From the human T2T-CHM13v2.0 reference genome, Homo sapiens, in the NCBI RefSeq assembly GCF_009914755.1, contig NC_060948.1: a stretch of DNA of 64,000 bases; one strand, 5' to 3'. The notes beneath the pieces are model-generated. The model was not told the DNA's origin, searched no databases, and worked only from the letters and a program-made list of their open reading frames with translations. The stretch's first letter is position 1; each line of letters opens with the position of its first letter. The translations under genes were made by a program, and so were the position numbers. This document shows positions 14,001-28,885 of the stretch, in pieces.

Positions 14001-14634
14001 CAGTGCATTCCATTCCAGTCTCTTCAGTTCGATTCCATTCCATTCGTTTCGATTCCTTTCCATTCCAGCCCATTCCATTCCATTCCATTCCTTTCCTTTC
14101 CGTTTCATTAGATTCCATTTCATTCGATTCCAATCAATTCAATTCCGTGCTATTCAATTTGATTCATTTCCATTTAATTCCATTCCATTAGATTCCATTC
14201 CGTACGATTCCATTCCTTTGGAATCCATTCCATTGGAGTCCATTCACTTCCAGAACATTCCATTCCAGTCGAATCCATTCGAGTACATTCCATTAAAGTT
14301 CATTACATTCTAATACATTCCATTCCATTGCATTCCATTCCATTCCATTCGATGCCATTCGATTCCATTCCATGCCAAATCATTGCATTCCTTTCCATTC
14401 CGTTCCTATCAATTCCATTCCATTCGATTTAGTTCGATTCTATTCACTTCCATTCCATTCGATTCCATTCCATTGGAGTCAATTCCTTTCGACACAAAGC
14501 CTTTCCAGTCAATGATTTTGGATTCCATTTTTTTGCATTCCATTACATTCTATGACATTCGATTCCGTTTCATTGCATTCCATTCCACATATTTTTATTC
14601 CATTCGAGACCGTAGCATTCCACTTTATTCCAGG
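11071..14634 (+). repeat. DYZ1 unit U4, 3564 bp, type A
   Basis: GGCC 11069 to 14633; same A markers as U1. Confidence 0.92.
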
Positions 14635-17600
14635 CCTGTCCATTACACTACATTCCCTTCCATTCCAATGAATTCCATTCCATTCCAATCCATTCCTTTC
14701 CTTTCGCTTGCATTCCATTCTATTCTCTTCTACTGTATACAATTTCACTCCATTCGTTCCCATTCCATTCAATTCCATTCCATTCAATTCCATTCCATTT
14801 GTTTCCATTCTCTTCGATTCCATTTCTTTATATTCCATGCCATTCGACTCCATTCTATTGGATTGCATTACATTCGTGTTCATTCCATTCCAGACCATTC
14901 CATTTGTCTCCATTCCTTTCGAGCCCTTTCAATTTGAGTCCATTCCTTTCCAGTCCATTTCACTCCAGTCCATTACTGTCCATTCCATACCATTCCATCC
15001 CATTCAATTCCATTCCATTCCATTCCATTCCATTCCATTCCATTCCATTCCATTCCATTGCACTGCACTCCATTCCAATACATTCTACTCTATCTGAGTC
15101 GATTTTATTGCATTAGATTCTATACCATTGGATTACTTTCCATTCGATTACATTCCATTCATGTACATTCCATTCCAGTCAATTACATTCGAGTTCATTA
15201 CATTACATTCCAGTATATTCCATTGTATTCGATCCCATTCCTTTCAATTCCATTTCATTCGACTCCATTATATTCGATTCCATTCCACTCGAATCCATTC
15301 CATTAGAGGACATTCCATTCCAATGCATTCCATTCCATTCCATAGCATTCCATTGCATTCGATTCCATTCCATTTGATGCCATTCCATTTGATGCCATTC
15401 CATGACATTCCATTCCATTCGAGTCCATTCCGTTCCAATTCATTCCATTCCGTTTCATGAAATTCGAGTCCTTTCCAGTACATTTCATTCCAATCCCATC
15501 CAATCCAATCTACTCCATTCAATTCCTTTCCATTCCATTTGATTTGATTCCATTGATTTGATTCCATTCAGTTTGATTCCATTCCGTGAAATTTCGTTCC
15601 ATTCTATTCCATTGCATTACTTTCCATTCAATTCCATTCCATTTCATTTCAGTCCATTCGCTTCCTTTCCTTTCGATTCAATTCCATTTGATTCCACTCC
15701 ATTCTATGCGATTTCATTCCAATCGATTCAATTCCATTCGATGACATTCCTTTCGTTTCCATTCCATTCGAGTCCATTCAATTTGAGCATTCGTGTCCAT
15801 TCTATTCGAGTCCATTCCATTACCGTCTATTCTATTCCCTTCCATTCCTGTTGATTCAATTTCATTCCCTTCCATTCGATTCCTTTCCATTCGATTCCAT
15901 TCCTTTCCATTCCATTCCATTCGTTCCCATTCCATGTGATTTCATTCCATTCCAGTCCATTATATTCGAGTCCACTCCACTCCATTCTATTACATTCAAT
16001 TCCTTTTGAGTCCGTTCCATAACACTCCATTCATTTCGATTCCATTTCTTGCCAGTTTTCTTCCATTTTATTCCATTCCGTTCGATTCCATTCCATTCGA
16101 TTGCATTCCATTCGAATCCTTTCCATTCCATTTCATTCCATTCCTTTCTATTCCATTCCATTTCATTCGATTTGATTCCATTCTGTTCTATTCCATTCAA
16201 TTCTTTTTCATTCCATTCGAATCCTTTCTATTGCAGTCCATTCCATTCGAGTCCATTCCAATCCCTTCCATTCCATTCCATTACAGTCCATTCCAATAGA
16301 TTCCATTCCTTTGCCTTCCATTCGAATCCATTCCATTCTAGTCCATTCCATTTGAGTCAATTCCATTCCATTCCATTCTATTCCTTTCCAATCCATTCGA
16401 TTCCATTCGATTCAATTCCATTTGATTCTCTTTCATTCTATTTTATTCCATGCCATTTGATTGCATTGCATTCCATTCCGTTTGATTCCAGTCCATTCAA
16501 GAAAGTTCCATTCCAGTCCATTTCTTTCCAGTCCATTCCATTCCACTCTAGTCTATTCCACTCCATTCCTTTCCATTCCATTCCATACTATTCCATTCCA
16601 TTCCTTTGCATTCCGTTTGCAATCTCTTCGAGTCCATTGCATTCCAGTCCAATCCATTCGATTACATTCCTCTTGATTCCCAGCCAGTCGATTGCATTGC
16701 ATACTAGACCATTCCAAACGTGTCCATTCCATTCTATCTCAACACTTTCCATTCCACTCTGTTCGAGTCCATTCCATTCCAGTCCATTTAATTCAAGGGC
16801 ATTCCATTCCATTCCATTCCATTCCATTCCATTTCATATTTTTCCATTCCATTCAATTCCATTCCAGATGATTCCATTCCATTCTATACCATTGCTCTCT
16901 GTTCCATTCCATTCCATCTGTCTCCATTCCTTTCGTTTCGATTCCTTTCCATTCCATTCCATTACATTTGGTCCTATTTTATTAAATTGCATTCTATTCG
17001 AGTGATTTCCATTCGAGTCCTTTCCATTCGATTCCATTCCATTCTATTCCATTCCTTTGGATTCCATTCCATTCCGTTCCGTTCACATCAATTCCTTGCG
17101 ATTCCATTACATTCGATTTCTTGCCATTCGATTCCATTCCTTTTGACTCCATTTCATTCGATTCCATTCCATTCCATTAATTTCCATTCCATTCGAGACC
17201 TTTCCATTGCAGTCTTTTCCCTTCGAGTCCATTCCGTTCGATTCCCTTCCATTCGATTCCATTCCATTGGAGTCCGTACCAGTCGAGTCCATTCTATTCC
17301 AGTCCATTAGTTTCGACTCCATTGCATTCGAGTGCATTCCATTCCGTGGCTGTCCATTCCATTCCGTTTGATGCCATTCCATACGATTCCATTCAATTCG
17401 AGACCATTCTATTCCTGTCCATTCCTTGTGGTTCGATTCCATTTCACTCTAGTCCATTCCATTCCATTCAATTCCATTCGACTCTATTCCCTTCCATTCA
17501 ATTCCATTCCATTCGATTCCATTTTTTTCGAGAACCTTCCATTACACTCCCTTCCATTCCAGTGCATTCCATTCCAGTCTCTTCAGTTCGATTCCATTCC

Positions 17601-18193
17601 ATTCGTTTCGATTCCTTTCCATTCCAGCCCATTCCATTCCATTCCATTCCTTTCCTTTCCATTTCATTAGATTCCATTGCATTCGATTCCATTCAATTCA
17701 ATTCCATGCTATTCAATTTGATTCATTTCCATTTAATTCCATTCCATTAGATTCCATTCCGTACGATTCCATTCCTTTTGAATCCATTCCATTGGAGTCC
17801 ATTCACTTCCAGAACATTCCATTCCAGTCGAATCCATTGGAGTACATTCCATTAAAGTTCATTACATTCTAATACGTTCCATTCCATTGCATTCCATTCC
17901 ATTCCATTCGATGCCATTAGATTCCATTCCGTGCCAAATCATTGCATTCCTTTCCATTCCGTTCCTATCAGTTCCATTCCATTCGATTTAGTTCGATTCT
18001 ATTCACTTCCACTCCATTCGATTCCATTCCATTGGAGTCAATTCCTTTCGACACCCAGCCTTTCCAGTCAATGATTTTGGATTCCATTTTTTTGCATTCC
18101 ATTACATTCTATGACATTCGATTCCGTTTCATTGCATTCCATTCCATACATTTTTATTCCATTCGAGACCGTAGCATTCCACTTTATTCCAGG
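14635..18193 (+). repeat. DYZ1 unit U5, 3559 bp, type B
   Basis: GGCC 14633 to 18192; B markers ACTGTATAC, TTTGTCTCC, CCCAGCCAGT. Confidence 0.92.
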
Positions 18194-21100
18194 CCTGTCC
18201 ATTACACTACATTCCCTTCCATTCCAATGAATTCCATTCCATTCCAATCCATTCCTTTCGTTTCGCTTGCATTCCATTCTATTCCCTTCTACTGCATACA
18301 ATTTCACTCCATTCGTTCCCATTCCATTCAATTCCATTCCATTCAATTCCATTCCATTTGTTTCCATTCTCTTCGATTCCATTTCTTTATATTCCATGCC
18401 ATTCGATTCCATTCTATTGGATTGCATTACATTCGTGTTCATTCCATTCCAGACCATTCCATTTGACTCCATTCCTTTCGAGCCCTTTCAATTTGAGTCC
18501 ATTCCTTTCCAGTCCATTTCACTCCAGTCCATTACTATCCATTCCATACCATTCCATCCCATTCCATTCCATTCCATTCCATTCCATTCCATTCCATTCC
18601 ATTCCATTGCATTCTATTCCATTCCATTGCATTGCACTGCACTCCATTCCATTACACTCTACTCTATCTGAGTCGGTTTTATTGCATTAGATTCTATTCC
18701 ATTGGATTACTTTCCATTCGATTACATTCCATTCATGTACATTCCATTCCAGTCAATTACATTCGAGTTCATTACATTACATTCCAGTATATTCCATTGT
18801 ATTCCATCCCATTCCTTTCAATTCCATTTCATTCGACTCCATTATATTCGATTCCATTCCACTCGAATCCATTCCATTAGAGGACATTCCATTCCAATGC
18901 ATTCCATTCCATTCCATAGCATTCCATTGCATTCGATTCCATTCCATTTGATGCCATTCCATTTGATGCCATTCCATGACATTCCATTCCATTCGAGTCC
19001 ATTCCGTTCCAATTCATTCCATTCCGTTTCATGAAATTCGAGTCCTTTCCAGTACATTTCATTCCAATCCCATACAATCCAATCTACTCCATTCAATTCC
19101 TTTCCATTCCATTTGATTTGATTCCATTGATTTGATTCCATTCAGTTTGATTCCATTCCGTGAAATTTCGTTCCATTCTATTCCATTGCATTACTTTCCA
19201 TTCAATTCCATTCCATTTCATTTCAGTCCATTCGCTTCCTTTCCTTTCGATTCAATTCCATTTGATTCCACTCCATTCTATGCGATTTCATTCCAATCGA
19301 TTCAATTCCATTCGATGACATTCCTTTCGTTTCCATTCCATTCGAGTCCATTCAATTTGAGCATTCGTCTTCATTCTATTCGAGTCCATTCCAATACCGT
19401 CTATTCTATTCCCTTCCATTCCTGTTGATTCAATTTCATTCCCTTCCATTCGATTCCTTTCCATTCGATTCCATTCCTTTCCATTCCATTCCATTCGTTC
19501 CCATTCCATGTGATTTCATTCCATTCCAGTCCATTATATTCGAGTCCACTCCACTCCATTCTATTACATTCAATTCCTTTTGAGTCCGTTCCATAACACT
19601 CCATTCCTTTCGATTCCATTTCTTGCCTGTTTTCTTCCATTTTATTCCATTCCGTTCGATTCCATTCCATTCGATTGCATTCCATTCGAATCCTTTCCAT
19701 TCCATTTCATTCCATTCCTTTCTATTCCATTCCATTTCATTCGATTTGATTCCATTCTGTTCTATTCCATTCAATTCTTTTTCATTCCATTCGAATCCTT
19801 TCTATAGCAGTCCATTCCATTCGAGTCCATTCCAATCCCTTCCATTCCATTCCATTACAGTCCATTCCAATAGATTCCATTCCTTTGCCTTCCATTCGAA
19901 TCCATTCCATTCTAGTCCATTCCATTTGAGTCAATTCCATTCCATTCCATTCTATTCCTTTCCAATCCATTCGATTCCATTCGATTCAATTCCATTTGAT
20001 TCTCTTTCATTCTATTTTATTCCATGCCATTTGATTGCATTGCATTCCATTCCGTTTGATTCCAGTCCATTCAAGAAAGTTCCATTCCAGTCCATTGCTT
20101 TCCAGTCCATTCAATTCCACTCTAGTCTATTCCACTCCATTCCTTTCCATTCCATTCCATACTATTCCATTCCATTCCTTTGCATTCCGTTTCCAATCTA
20201 TTCGAGTCCATTGCATTCCAGTCCAATCCATTCCATTACATTCCTTTTGATTCCATGCCAGTCGATTGCATTGCATACTACACCATTCCAAAGGAGTCCA
20301 TTCCATTCTATCTCAACACTTTCCATTCCACTCTGTTCGAGTCCAGTCCATTTAATTCAAGGGCATTCCATTCCATTCCATTCCATTCCATTTCATATTA
20401 TTCCATTCCATTCAATTCCTTTCCAGATGATTCCATTCCATTCTATACCATTGCTCTCTGTTCCATTCCATTCCATCTGTCTCCATTCCTTTCGTTTCGA
20501 TTCCTTTCCATTCCATTCCATTACATTTGATCCTATTTTATTAAATTGCATTCTATTCGAGTGATTTCCATTCGAGTCCTTTCCATTCGATTCCATTCCA
20601 TTCTATTCCATTCCTTTGGATTCCATTCCATTCCGTTCCGTTCACATCAATTCCTTGCGATTCCATTACATTCGATTTCTTGCCATTCGATTCCATTCCT
20701 TTTGACTCCATTTCATTCGATTCCATTCCATTCCATTAATTTCCATTCCATTCGAGACCTTTCCATTGCAGTCTTTTCCCTTCGAGTCCATTCCGTTCGA
20801 TTCCCTTCCATTCGATTCCATTCCATTGGAGTCCGTACCAGTCGAGTCCATTCTATTCCAGTCCATTAGTTTCGACTCCATTGCATTCGAGTGCATTCCA
20901 TTCCGTGGCTGTCCATTCCATTCCGTTTGATGCCATTCCATACGATTCCATTCAATTCGAGACCATTCTATTCCTGTCCATTCCTTGTGGTTCGATTCCA
21001 TTTCACTCTAGTCCATTCCATTCCATTCAATTCCATTCGACTCTATTCCGTTCCATTCAATTCCATTCCATTCGATTCCATTTTTTTCGAGAACCTTCCA

Positions 21101-21752
21101 TTACACTCCCTTCCATTCCAGTGCATTCCATTCCAGTCTCTTCAGTTCGATTCCATTCCATTCGTTTCGATTCCTTTCCATTCCAGCCCATTCCATTCCA
21201 TTCCATTCCTTTCCTTTCCGTTTCATTAGATTCCATTTCATTCGATTCCATTCAATTCAATTCCGTGCTATTCAATTTGATTCATTTCCATTTAATTCCA
21301 TTCCATTAGATTCCATTCCGTACGATTCCATTCCTTTGGAATCCATTCCATTGGAGTCCATTCACTTCCAGAACATTCCATTCCAGTCGAATCCATTCGA
21401 GTACATTCCATTAAAGTTCATTACATTCTAATACATTCCATTCCATTGCATTCCATTCCATTCCATTCGATGCCATTCGATTCCATTCCATGCCAAATCA
21501 TTGCATTCCTTTCCATTCCGTTCCTATCAATTCCATTCCATTCGATTTAGTTCGATTCTATTCACTTCCATTCCATTCGATTCCATTCCATTGGAGTCAA
21601 TTCCTTTCGACACAAAGCCTTTCCAGTCAATGATTTTGGATTCCATTTTTTTGCATTCCATTACATTCTATGACATTCGATTCCGTTTCATTGCATTCCA
21701 TTCCACATATTTTTATTCCATTCGAGACCGTAGCATTCCACTTTATTCCAGG
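18194..21752 (+). repeat. DYZ1 unit U6, 3559 bp, type A
   Basis: GGCC 18192 to 21751; A markers present. Confidence 0.92.
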
Positions 21753-24700
21753 CCTGTCCATTACACTACATTCCCTTCCATTCCAATGAATTCCATTCCA
21801 TTCCAATCCATTCCTTTCCTTTCGCTTGCATTCCATTCTATTCTCTTCTACTGTATACAATTTCACTCCATTCGTTCCCATTCCATTCAATTCCATTCCA
21901 TTCAATTCCATTCCATTTGTTTCCATTCTCTTCGATTCCATTTCTTTATATTCCATGCCATTCGATTCCATTCTATTGGATTGCATTACATTCGTGTTCA
22001 TTCCATTCCAGACCATTCCATTTGTCTCCATTCCTTTCGAGCCCTTTCAATTTGAGTCCATTCCTTTCCAGTCCATTTCACTCCAGTCCATTACTGTCCA
22101 TTCCATACCATTCCATCCCATTCAATTCCATTCCATTCCATTCCATTCCATTCCATTCCATTCCATTCCATTCCATTGCACTGCACTCCATTCCAATACA
22201 TTCTACTCTATCTGAGTCGATTTTATTGCATTAGATTCTATTCCATTGGATTACTTTCCATTCGATTACATTCCATTCATGTACATTCCATTCCAGTCAA
22301 TTACATTCGAGTTCATTACATTACATTCCAGTATATTCCATTGTATTCGATCCCATTCCTTTCAATTCCATTTCATTCGACTCCATTATATTCGATTCCA
22401 TTCCACTCGAATCCATTCCATTAGAGGACATTCCATTCCAATGCATTCCATTCCATTCCATAGCATTCCATTGCATTCGATTCCATTCCATTTGATGCCA
22501 TTCCATTTGATGCCATTCCATGACATTCCATTCCATTCGAGTCCATTCCGTTCCAATTCATTCCATTCCGTTTCATGAAATTCGAGTCCTTTCCAGTACA
22601 TTTCATTCCAATACCATCCAATCCAATCTACTCCATTCAATTCCTTTCCATTCCATTTGATTTGATTCCATTGATTTGATTCCATTCAGTTTGATTCCAT
22701 TCCGTGAAATTTCGTTCCATTCTATTCCATTGCATTACTTTCCATTCAATTCCATTCCATTTCATTTCAGTCCATTCGCTTCCTTTCCTTTCGATTCAAT
22801 TCCATTTGATTCCACTCCATTCTATGCGATTTCATTCCAATCGATTCAATTCCATTCGATGACATTCCTTTCGTTTCCATTCCATTCGAGTCCATTCAAT
22901 TTGAGCATTCGTGTCCATTCTATTCGAGTCCATTCCATTACCGTCTATTCTATTCCCTTCCATTCCTGTTGATTCAATTTCATTCCCTTCCATTCGATTC
23001 CTTTCCATTCGATTCCATTCCTTTCCATTCCATTCCATTCGTTCCCATTCCATGTGATTTCATTCCATTCCAGTCCATTATATTCGAGTCCACTCCACTC
23101 CATTCTATTACATTCAATTCCTTTTGAGTCCGTTCCATAACACTCCATTCATTTCGATTCCATTTCTTGCCAGTTTTCTTCCATTTTATTCCATTCCGTT
23201 CGATTCCATTCCATTCGATTGCATTCCATTCGAATCCTTTCCATTCCATTTCATTCCATTCCTTTCTATTCCATTCCATTTCATTCGATTTGATTCCATT
23301 CTGTTCTATTCCATTCAATTCTTTTTCATTCCATTCGAATCCTTTCTATTGCAGTCCATTCCATTCGAGTCCATTCCAATCCCTTCCATTCCATTCCATT
23401 ACAGTCCATTCCAATAGATTCCATTCCTTTGCCTTCCATTCGAATCCATTCCATTCTAGTCCATTCCATTTGAGTCAATTCCATTCCATTCCATTCTATT
23501 CCTTTCCAATCCATTCGATTCCATTCGATTCTATTCCATTTGATTCTCTTTCATTCTATTTTATTCCATGCCATTTGATTGCATTGCATTCCATTCCGTT
23601 TGATTCCAGTCCATTCAAGAAAGTTCCATTCCAGTCCATTGCTTTCCAGTCCATTCCATTCCACTCTAGTCTATTCCACTCCATTCCTTTCCATTCCATT
23701 CCATACTATTCCATTCCATTCCTTTGCATTCCGTTTGCAATCTATTCGAGTCCATTGCATTCCAGTCCAATCCATTCGATTACATTCCTCTTGATTCCCA
23801 GCCAGTCGATTGCATTGCATACTAGGCCATTCCAAACGAGTCCATTCCATTCTATCTCAACACTTTCCATTCCACTCTGTTCGAGTCCATTCCATTCCAG
23901 TCCATTTAATTCAAGGGCATTCCATTCCATTCCATTCCATTCCATTCCATTTCATATTTTTCCATTCCATTCAATTCCATTCCAGATGATTCCATTCCAT
24001 TCTATACCATTGCTCTCTGTTCCATTCCATTCCATCTGTCTCCATTCCTTTCGTTTCGATTCCTTTCCATTCCATTCCATTACATTTGATCCTATTTTAT
24101 TAAATTGCATTCTATTCGAGTGATTTCCATTCGAGTCCTTTCCATTCGATTCCATTCCATTCTATTCCATTCCTTTGGATTCCATTCCATTCCGTTCCGT
24201 TCACATCAATTCCTTGCGATTCCATTACATTCGATTTCTTGCCATTCGATTCCATTCCTTTTGACTCCATTTCATTCGATTCCATTCCATTCCATTAATT
24301 TCCATTCCATTCGAGACCTTTCCATTGCAGTCTTTTCCCTTCGAGTCCATTCCGTTCGATTCCCTTCCATTCGATTCCATTCCATTGGAGTCCGTACCAG
24401 TCGAGTCCATTCTATTCCAGTCCATTAGTTTCGACTCCATTGCATTCGAGTGCATTCCATTCCGTGGCTGTCCATTCCATTCCGTTTGATGCCATTCCAT
24501 ACGATTCCATTCAATTCGAGACCATTCTATTCCTGTCCATTCCTTGTGGTTCGATTCCATTTCACTCTAGTCCATTCCATTCCATTCAATTCCATTCGAC
24601 TCTATTCCGTTCCATTCAATTCCATTCCATTCCATTCCATTTTTTTCGAGAACCTTCCATTACACTCCCTTCCATTCCAGTGCATTCCATTCCAGTCTCT

Positions 24701-25311
24701 TCAGTTCGATTCCATTCCATTCGTTTCGATTCCTTTCCATTCCAGCCCATTCCATTCCATTCCATTCCTTTCCTTTCCGTTTCATTAGATTCCATTGCAT
24801 TCCATTCCATTCAATTCAATTCCGTGCTATTCAATTTGATTCATTTCCATTTAATTCCATTCCATTAGATTCCATTCCGTACGATTCCATTCCTTTGGAA
24901 TCCATTCCATTGGAGTCCATTCACTTCCAGAACATTCCATTCCAGTCGAATCCATTCGAGTACATTCCATTAAAGTTCATTACATTCTAATACATTCCAT
25001 TCCATTGCATTCCATTCCATTCCATTCGATGCCATTCGATTCCATTCCATGCCAAATCATTGCATTCCTTTCCATTCTGTTCCTATCAATTCCATTCCAT
25101 TCGATTTAGTTCGATTCTATTCACTTCCATTCCATTCGATTCCATTCCATTGGAGTCAATTCCTTTCGACACCCAGCCTTTCCAGTCAATGATTTTGGAT
25201 TCCATTTTTTTGCATTCCATTACATTCTATGACATTCGATTCCGTTTCATTGCATTCCATTCCATACATTTTTATTCCATTCGAGACCGTAGCATTCCAC
25301 TTTATTCCAGG
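21753..25311 (+). repeat. DYZ1 unit U7, 3559 bp, B-front with non-B tail
   Basis: GGCC 21751 to 25310; B markers up to ~23960, B tail markers absent afterwards; extra GGCC at 23825. Confidence 0.9.
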
Positions 25312-28300
25312 CCTGTCCATTACACTACATTCCCTTCCATTCCAATGAATTCCATTCCATTCCAATCCATTCCTTTCCTTTCGCTTGCATTCCATTCTAT
25401 TCCCTTCTACTGCATACAATTTCACTCCATTCGTTCCCATTCCATTCAATTCCATTCCATTCAATTCCATTCCATTTGTTTCCATTCTCTTCGATTCCAT
25501 TTCTTTATATTCCATGCCATTCGATTCCATTCTATTGGATTGCATTACATTCGTGTTCATTCCATTCCAGACCATTCCATTTGACTCCATTCCTTTCGAG
25601 CCCTTTCAATTTGAGTCCATTCCTTTCCAGTCCATTTCACTCCAGTCCATTACTATCCATTCCATACCATTCCATCCCATTCCATTCCATTCCATTCCAT
25701 TCCATTCCATTCCATTCTATTCCATTCCATTCCATTGCATTCAATTCCATTCCTTTCCATTGCACTGCACTCCATTCCATTACATTCTACTCTATCTGAG
25801 TCGGTTTTATTGCATTAGATTCTATTCCATTGGATTACTTTCAATTCGATTACATTCCATTCATGTACATTCCATTCCAGTCAATTACATTCGAGTTCAT
25901 TACATTACATTCCAGTATATTCCATTCTATTCGATCCCATTCCTTTCAATTCCATTTCATTCGACTCCATTATATTCGATTCCATTCCACTCGAATCCAT
26001 TCCATTAGAGGACATTCCATTCCAATGCATTCCATTCCATTCCATAGCATTCCATTGCATTCGATTCCATTCCATTTGATGCCATTCCATGACATTCCAT
26101 TCCATTCGAGTCCATTCCGTTCCAATTCATTCCATTCCGTTTCATGAAATTCGAGTCCTTTCCTGTACATTTCATTCCAATCCCATCCAATCCAATCTAC
26201 TCCATTCAATTCCTTTCCATTCCATTTGATTTGATTCCATTGATTTGATTCCATTCAGTTTGATTCCATTCCGTGAAATTTCGTTCCATTCTATTCCATT
26301 GCATTACTTTCCATTCAATTCCATTCCATTTCATTTCAGTCCATTCGCTTCCTTTCCTTTCGATTCAATTCCATTTGATTCCACTCCATTCTATGCGATT
26401 TCATTCCAATCGATTCAATTCCATTCGATGACATTCCTTTCGTTTCCATTCCATTCGACACCATTCAATTTGAGCATTCGTGTCCATTCAATTCGAGTCC
26501 ATTCCATTACCGTCTATTCTATTCCCTTCCATTCCTGTTGATTCAATTTCATTCCCTTCCATTCGATTCCTTTCCATTCAATTCCATTCCTTTCCATTCC
26601 ATTCCATTCGTTCCCATTCCATGTGATTTCATTCCATTCCAGTCCATTATATTCGAGTCCACTCCACTCCATTCTATTACATTCAATTCATTTTGAGTCC
26701 GTTCCATAACACTCCATTCATTTCGATTCCATTTCTTGCCAGTTTTCTTCCATTTTATTCCATTCCGTTCGATTCCATTCCATTCGATTGCATTCCATTC
26801 GAATCCTTTCCATTCCATTTCATTCCATTCCTTTCTATTCCATTCCATTTCATTCGATTTGATTCCATTCTGTTCTATTCCATTCAATTCTTTTTCATTC
26901 CATTCGAATCCTTTCTATTGCAGTCCATTCCATTCGAGTCCATTCCAATCCCTTCCATTCCATTCCATTACAGTCCATTCCAATAGATTCCATTCCTTTG
27001 CCTTCCATTCGAATCCATTCCATTCTAGTCCATTCCATTTGAGTCAATTCCATTCCATTCCATTCTATTCCTTTCCACTCCATTCGATTCCATTCGATTC
27101 AATTCCATTTGATTCTCTTTCATTCTATTTTATTCCATGCCATTTGATTGCATTGCATTCCATTCCGTTTGATTCCAGTCCATTCAAGAAAGTTCCATTC
27201 CAGTCCATTGCTTTCCAGTCCATTCCATTCCACTCTAGTCTATTCCACTCCATTCCTTTCCATTCCATTCCATACTATTCCATTCCATTCCTTTGCATTC
27301 CGTTTCCAATCTATTCGAGTCCATTGCATTCCAGTCCAGTCCATTCCATTACATTCCTTTTGATTCCCTGCCAGTCGATTGCATTGCATACTACACCATT
27401 CCAAAGGAGTCCATTCCATTCTATCTCAACACTTTCCATTCCACTCTGTTCGAGTCCATTCCATTCCAGTCCTTTTAATTCAAGGGCATTCCATTCCATT
27501 CCATTCCATTCCATTCCATTTCATATTATTCCATTCCATTCAATTCCATTCGAGATGATTCCATTCCATTCTATACCATTGCTCTCTGTTCCATTCCATT
27601 CCATCTGTCTCCATTCCTTTCGTTTCGATTCCTTTCCATTCCATTCCATTACATTTGATCCTATTTTATTAAATTGCATTCTATTCGAGTGATTTCCATT
27701 CGAGTCCTTTCCATTCGATTCCATTCCATTCTATTCCATTCCTTTGGATTCCATTCCATTCCGTTCCGTTCACATCAATTCCTTGCGATTCCATTACATT
27801 CGATTTCTTGCCATTCGATTCCATTCCTTTTGACTCCATTTCATTCGATTCCATTCCATTCCATTAATTTCCATTCCATTCGAGACCTTTCCATTGCAGT
27901 CTTTTCCCTTCGAGTCCATTCCGTTCGATTCCCTTCCATTCGATTCCATTCCATTGGAGTCCGTACCAGTCGAGTCCATTCTATTCCAGTCCATTAGTTT
28001 CGACTCCATTGCATTCGAGTGCATTCCATTCCGTGGCTGTCCATTCCATTCCGTTTGATGCCATTCCATACGATTCCATTCAATTCGAGACCATTCTATT
28101 CCTGTCCATTCCTTGTGGTTCGATTCCATTTCACTCTAGTCCATTCCATTCCATTCAATTCCATTCGACTCTATTCCGTTCCATTCAATTCCATTCCATT
28201 CGATTCCATTTTTTTCGAGAACCTTCCATTACACTCCCTTCCATTCCAGTGCATTCCATTCCAGTCTCTTCAGTTCGATTCCATTCCATTCGTTTCGATT

Positions 28301-28885
28301 CCTTTCCATTCCAGCCCATTCCATTCCATTCCATTCCATTCCATTCCTTTCCGTTTCATTAGATTCCATTGCATTCCATTCCATTCAATTCAATTCCGTG
28401 CTATTCAATTTGATTCATTTCCATTTAATTCCATTCCATTAGATTCCATTCCGTACGATTCCATTCCTTTTGAATCCATTCCATTGGAGTCCTTTCACTT
28501 CCAGAACATTCCATTCCAGTCGAATCCATTCGAGTACATTCCATTAAAGTTCATTACATTCTAATACATTCCATTCCATTGCATTCCATTCCATTCCATT
28601 CGATGCCATTAGATTCCATTCCATGCCAAATCATTGCATTCCTTTCCATTCCTTTCCTATCAATTCCATTCCATTCGATTTAGTTGGATTCTATTCACTT
28701 CCATTCCATTAGATTCCATTCCATTGGAGTCAAATCCTTTCGACACCCAGCCTTTCCAGTCAATGATTTTGGATTCCATTTTTTTGCATTCCATTACATT
28801 CTATGACATTCGATTCCGTTTCATTGCATTCCATTCCATACATTTTTATTCCATTCGAGACCGTAGCATTCCACTTTATTCCAGG
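25312..28885 (+). repeat. DYZ1 unit U8, 3574 bp
   Basis: GGCC 25310 to 28884; 15-bp deletion leaving a single TTTGATGCC at ~26075. Confidence 0.92.
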
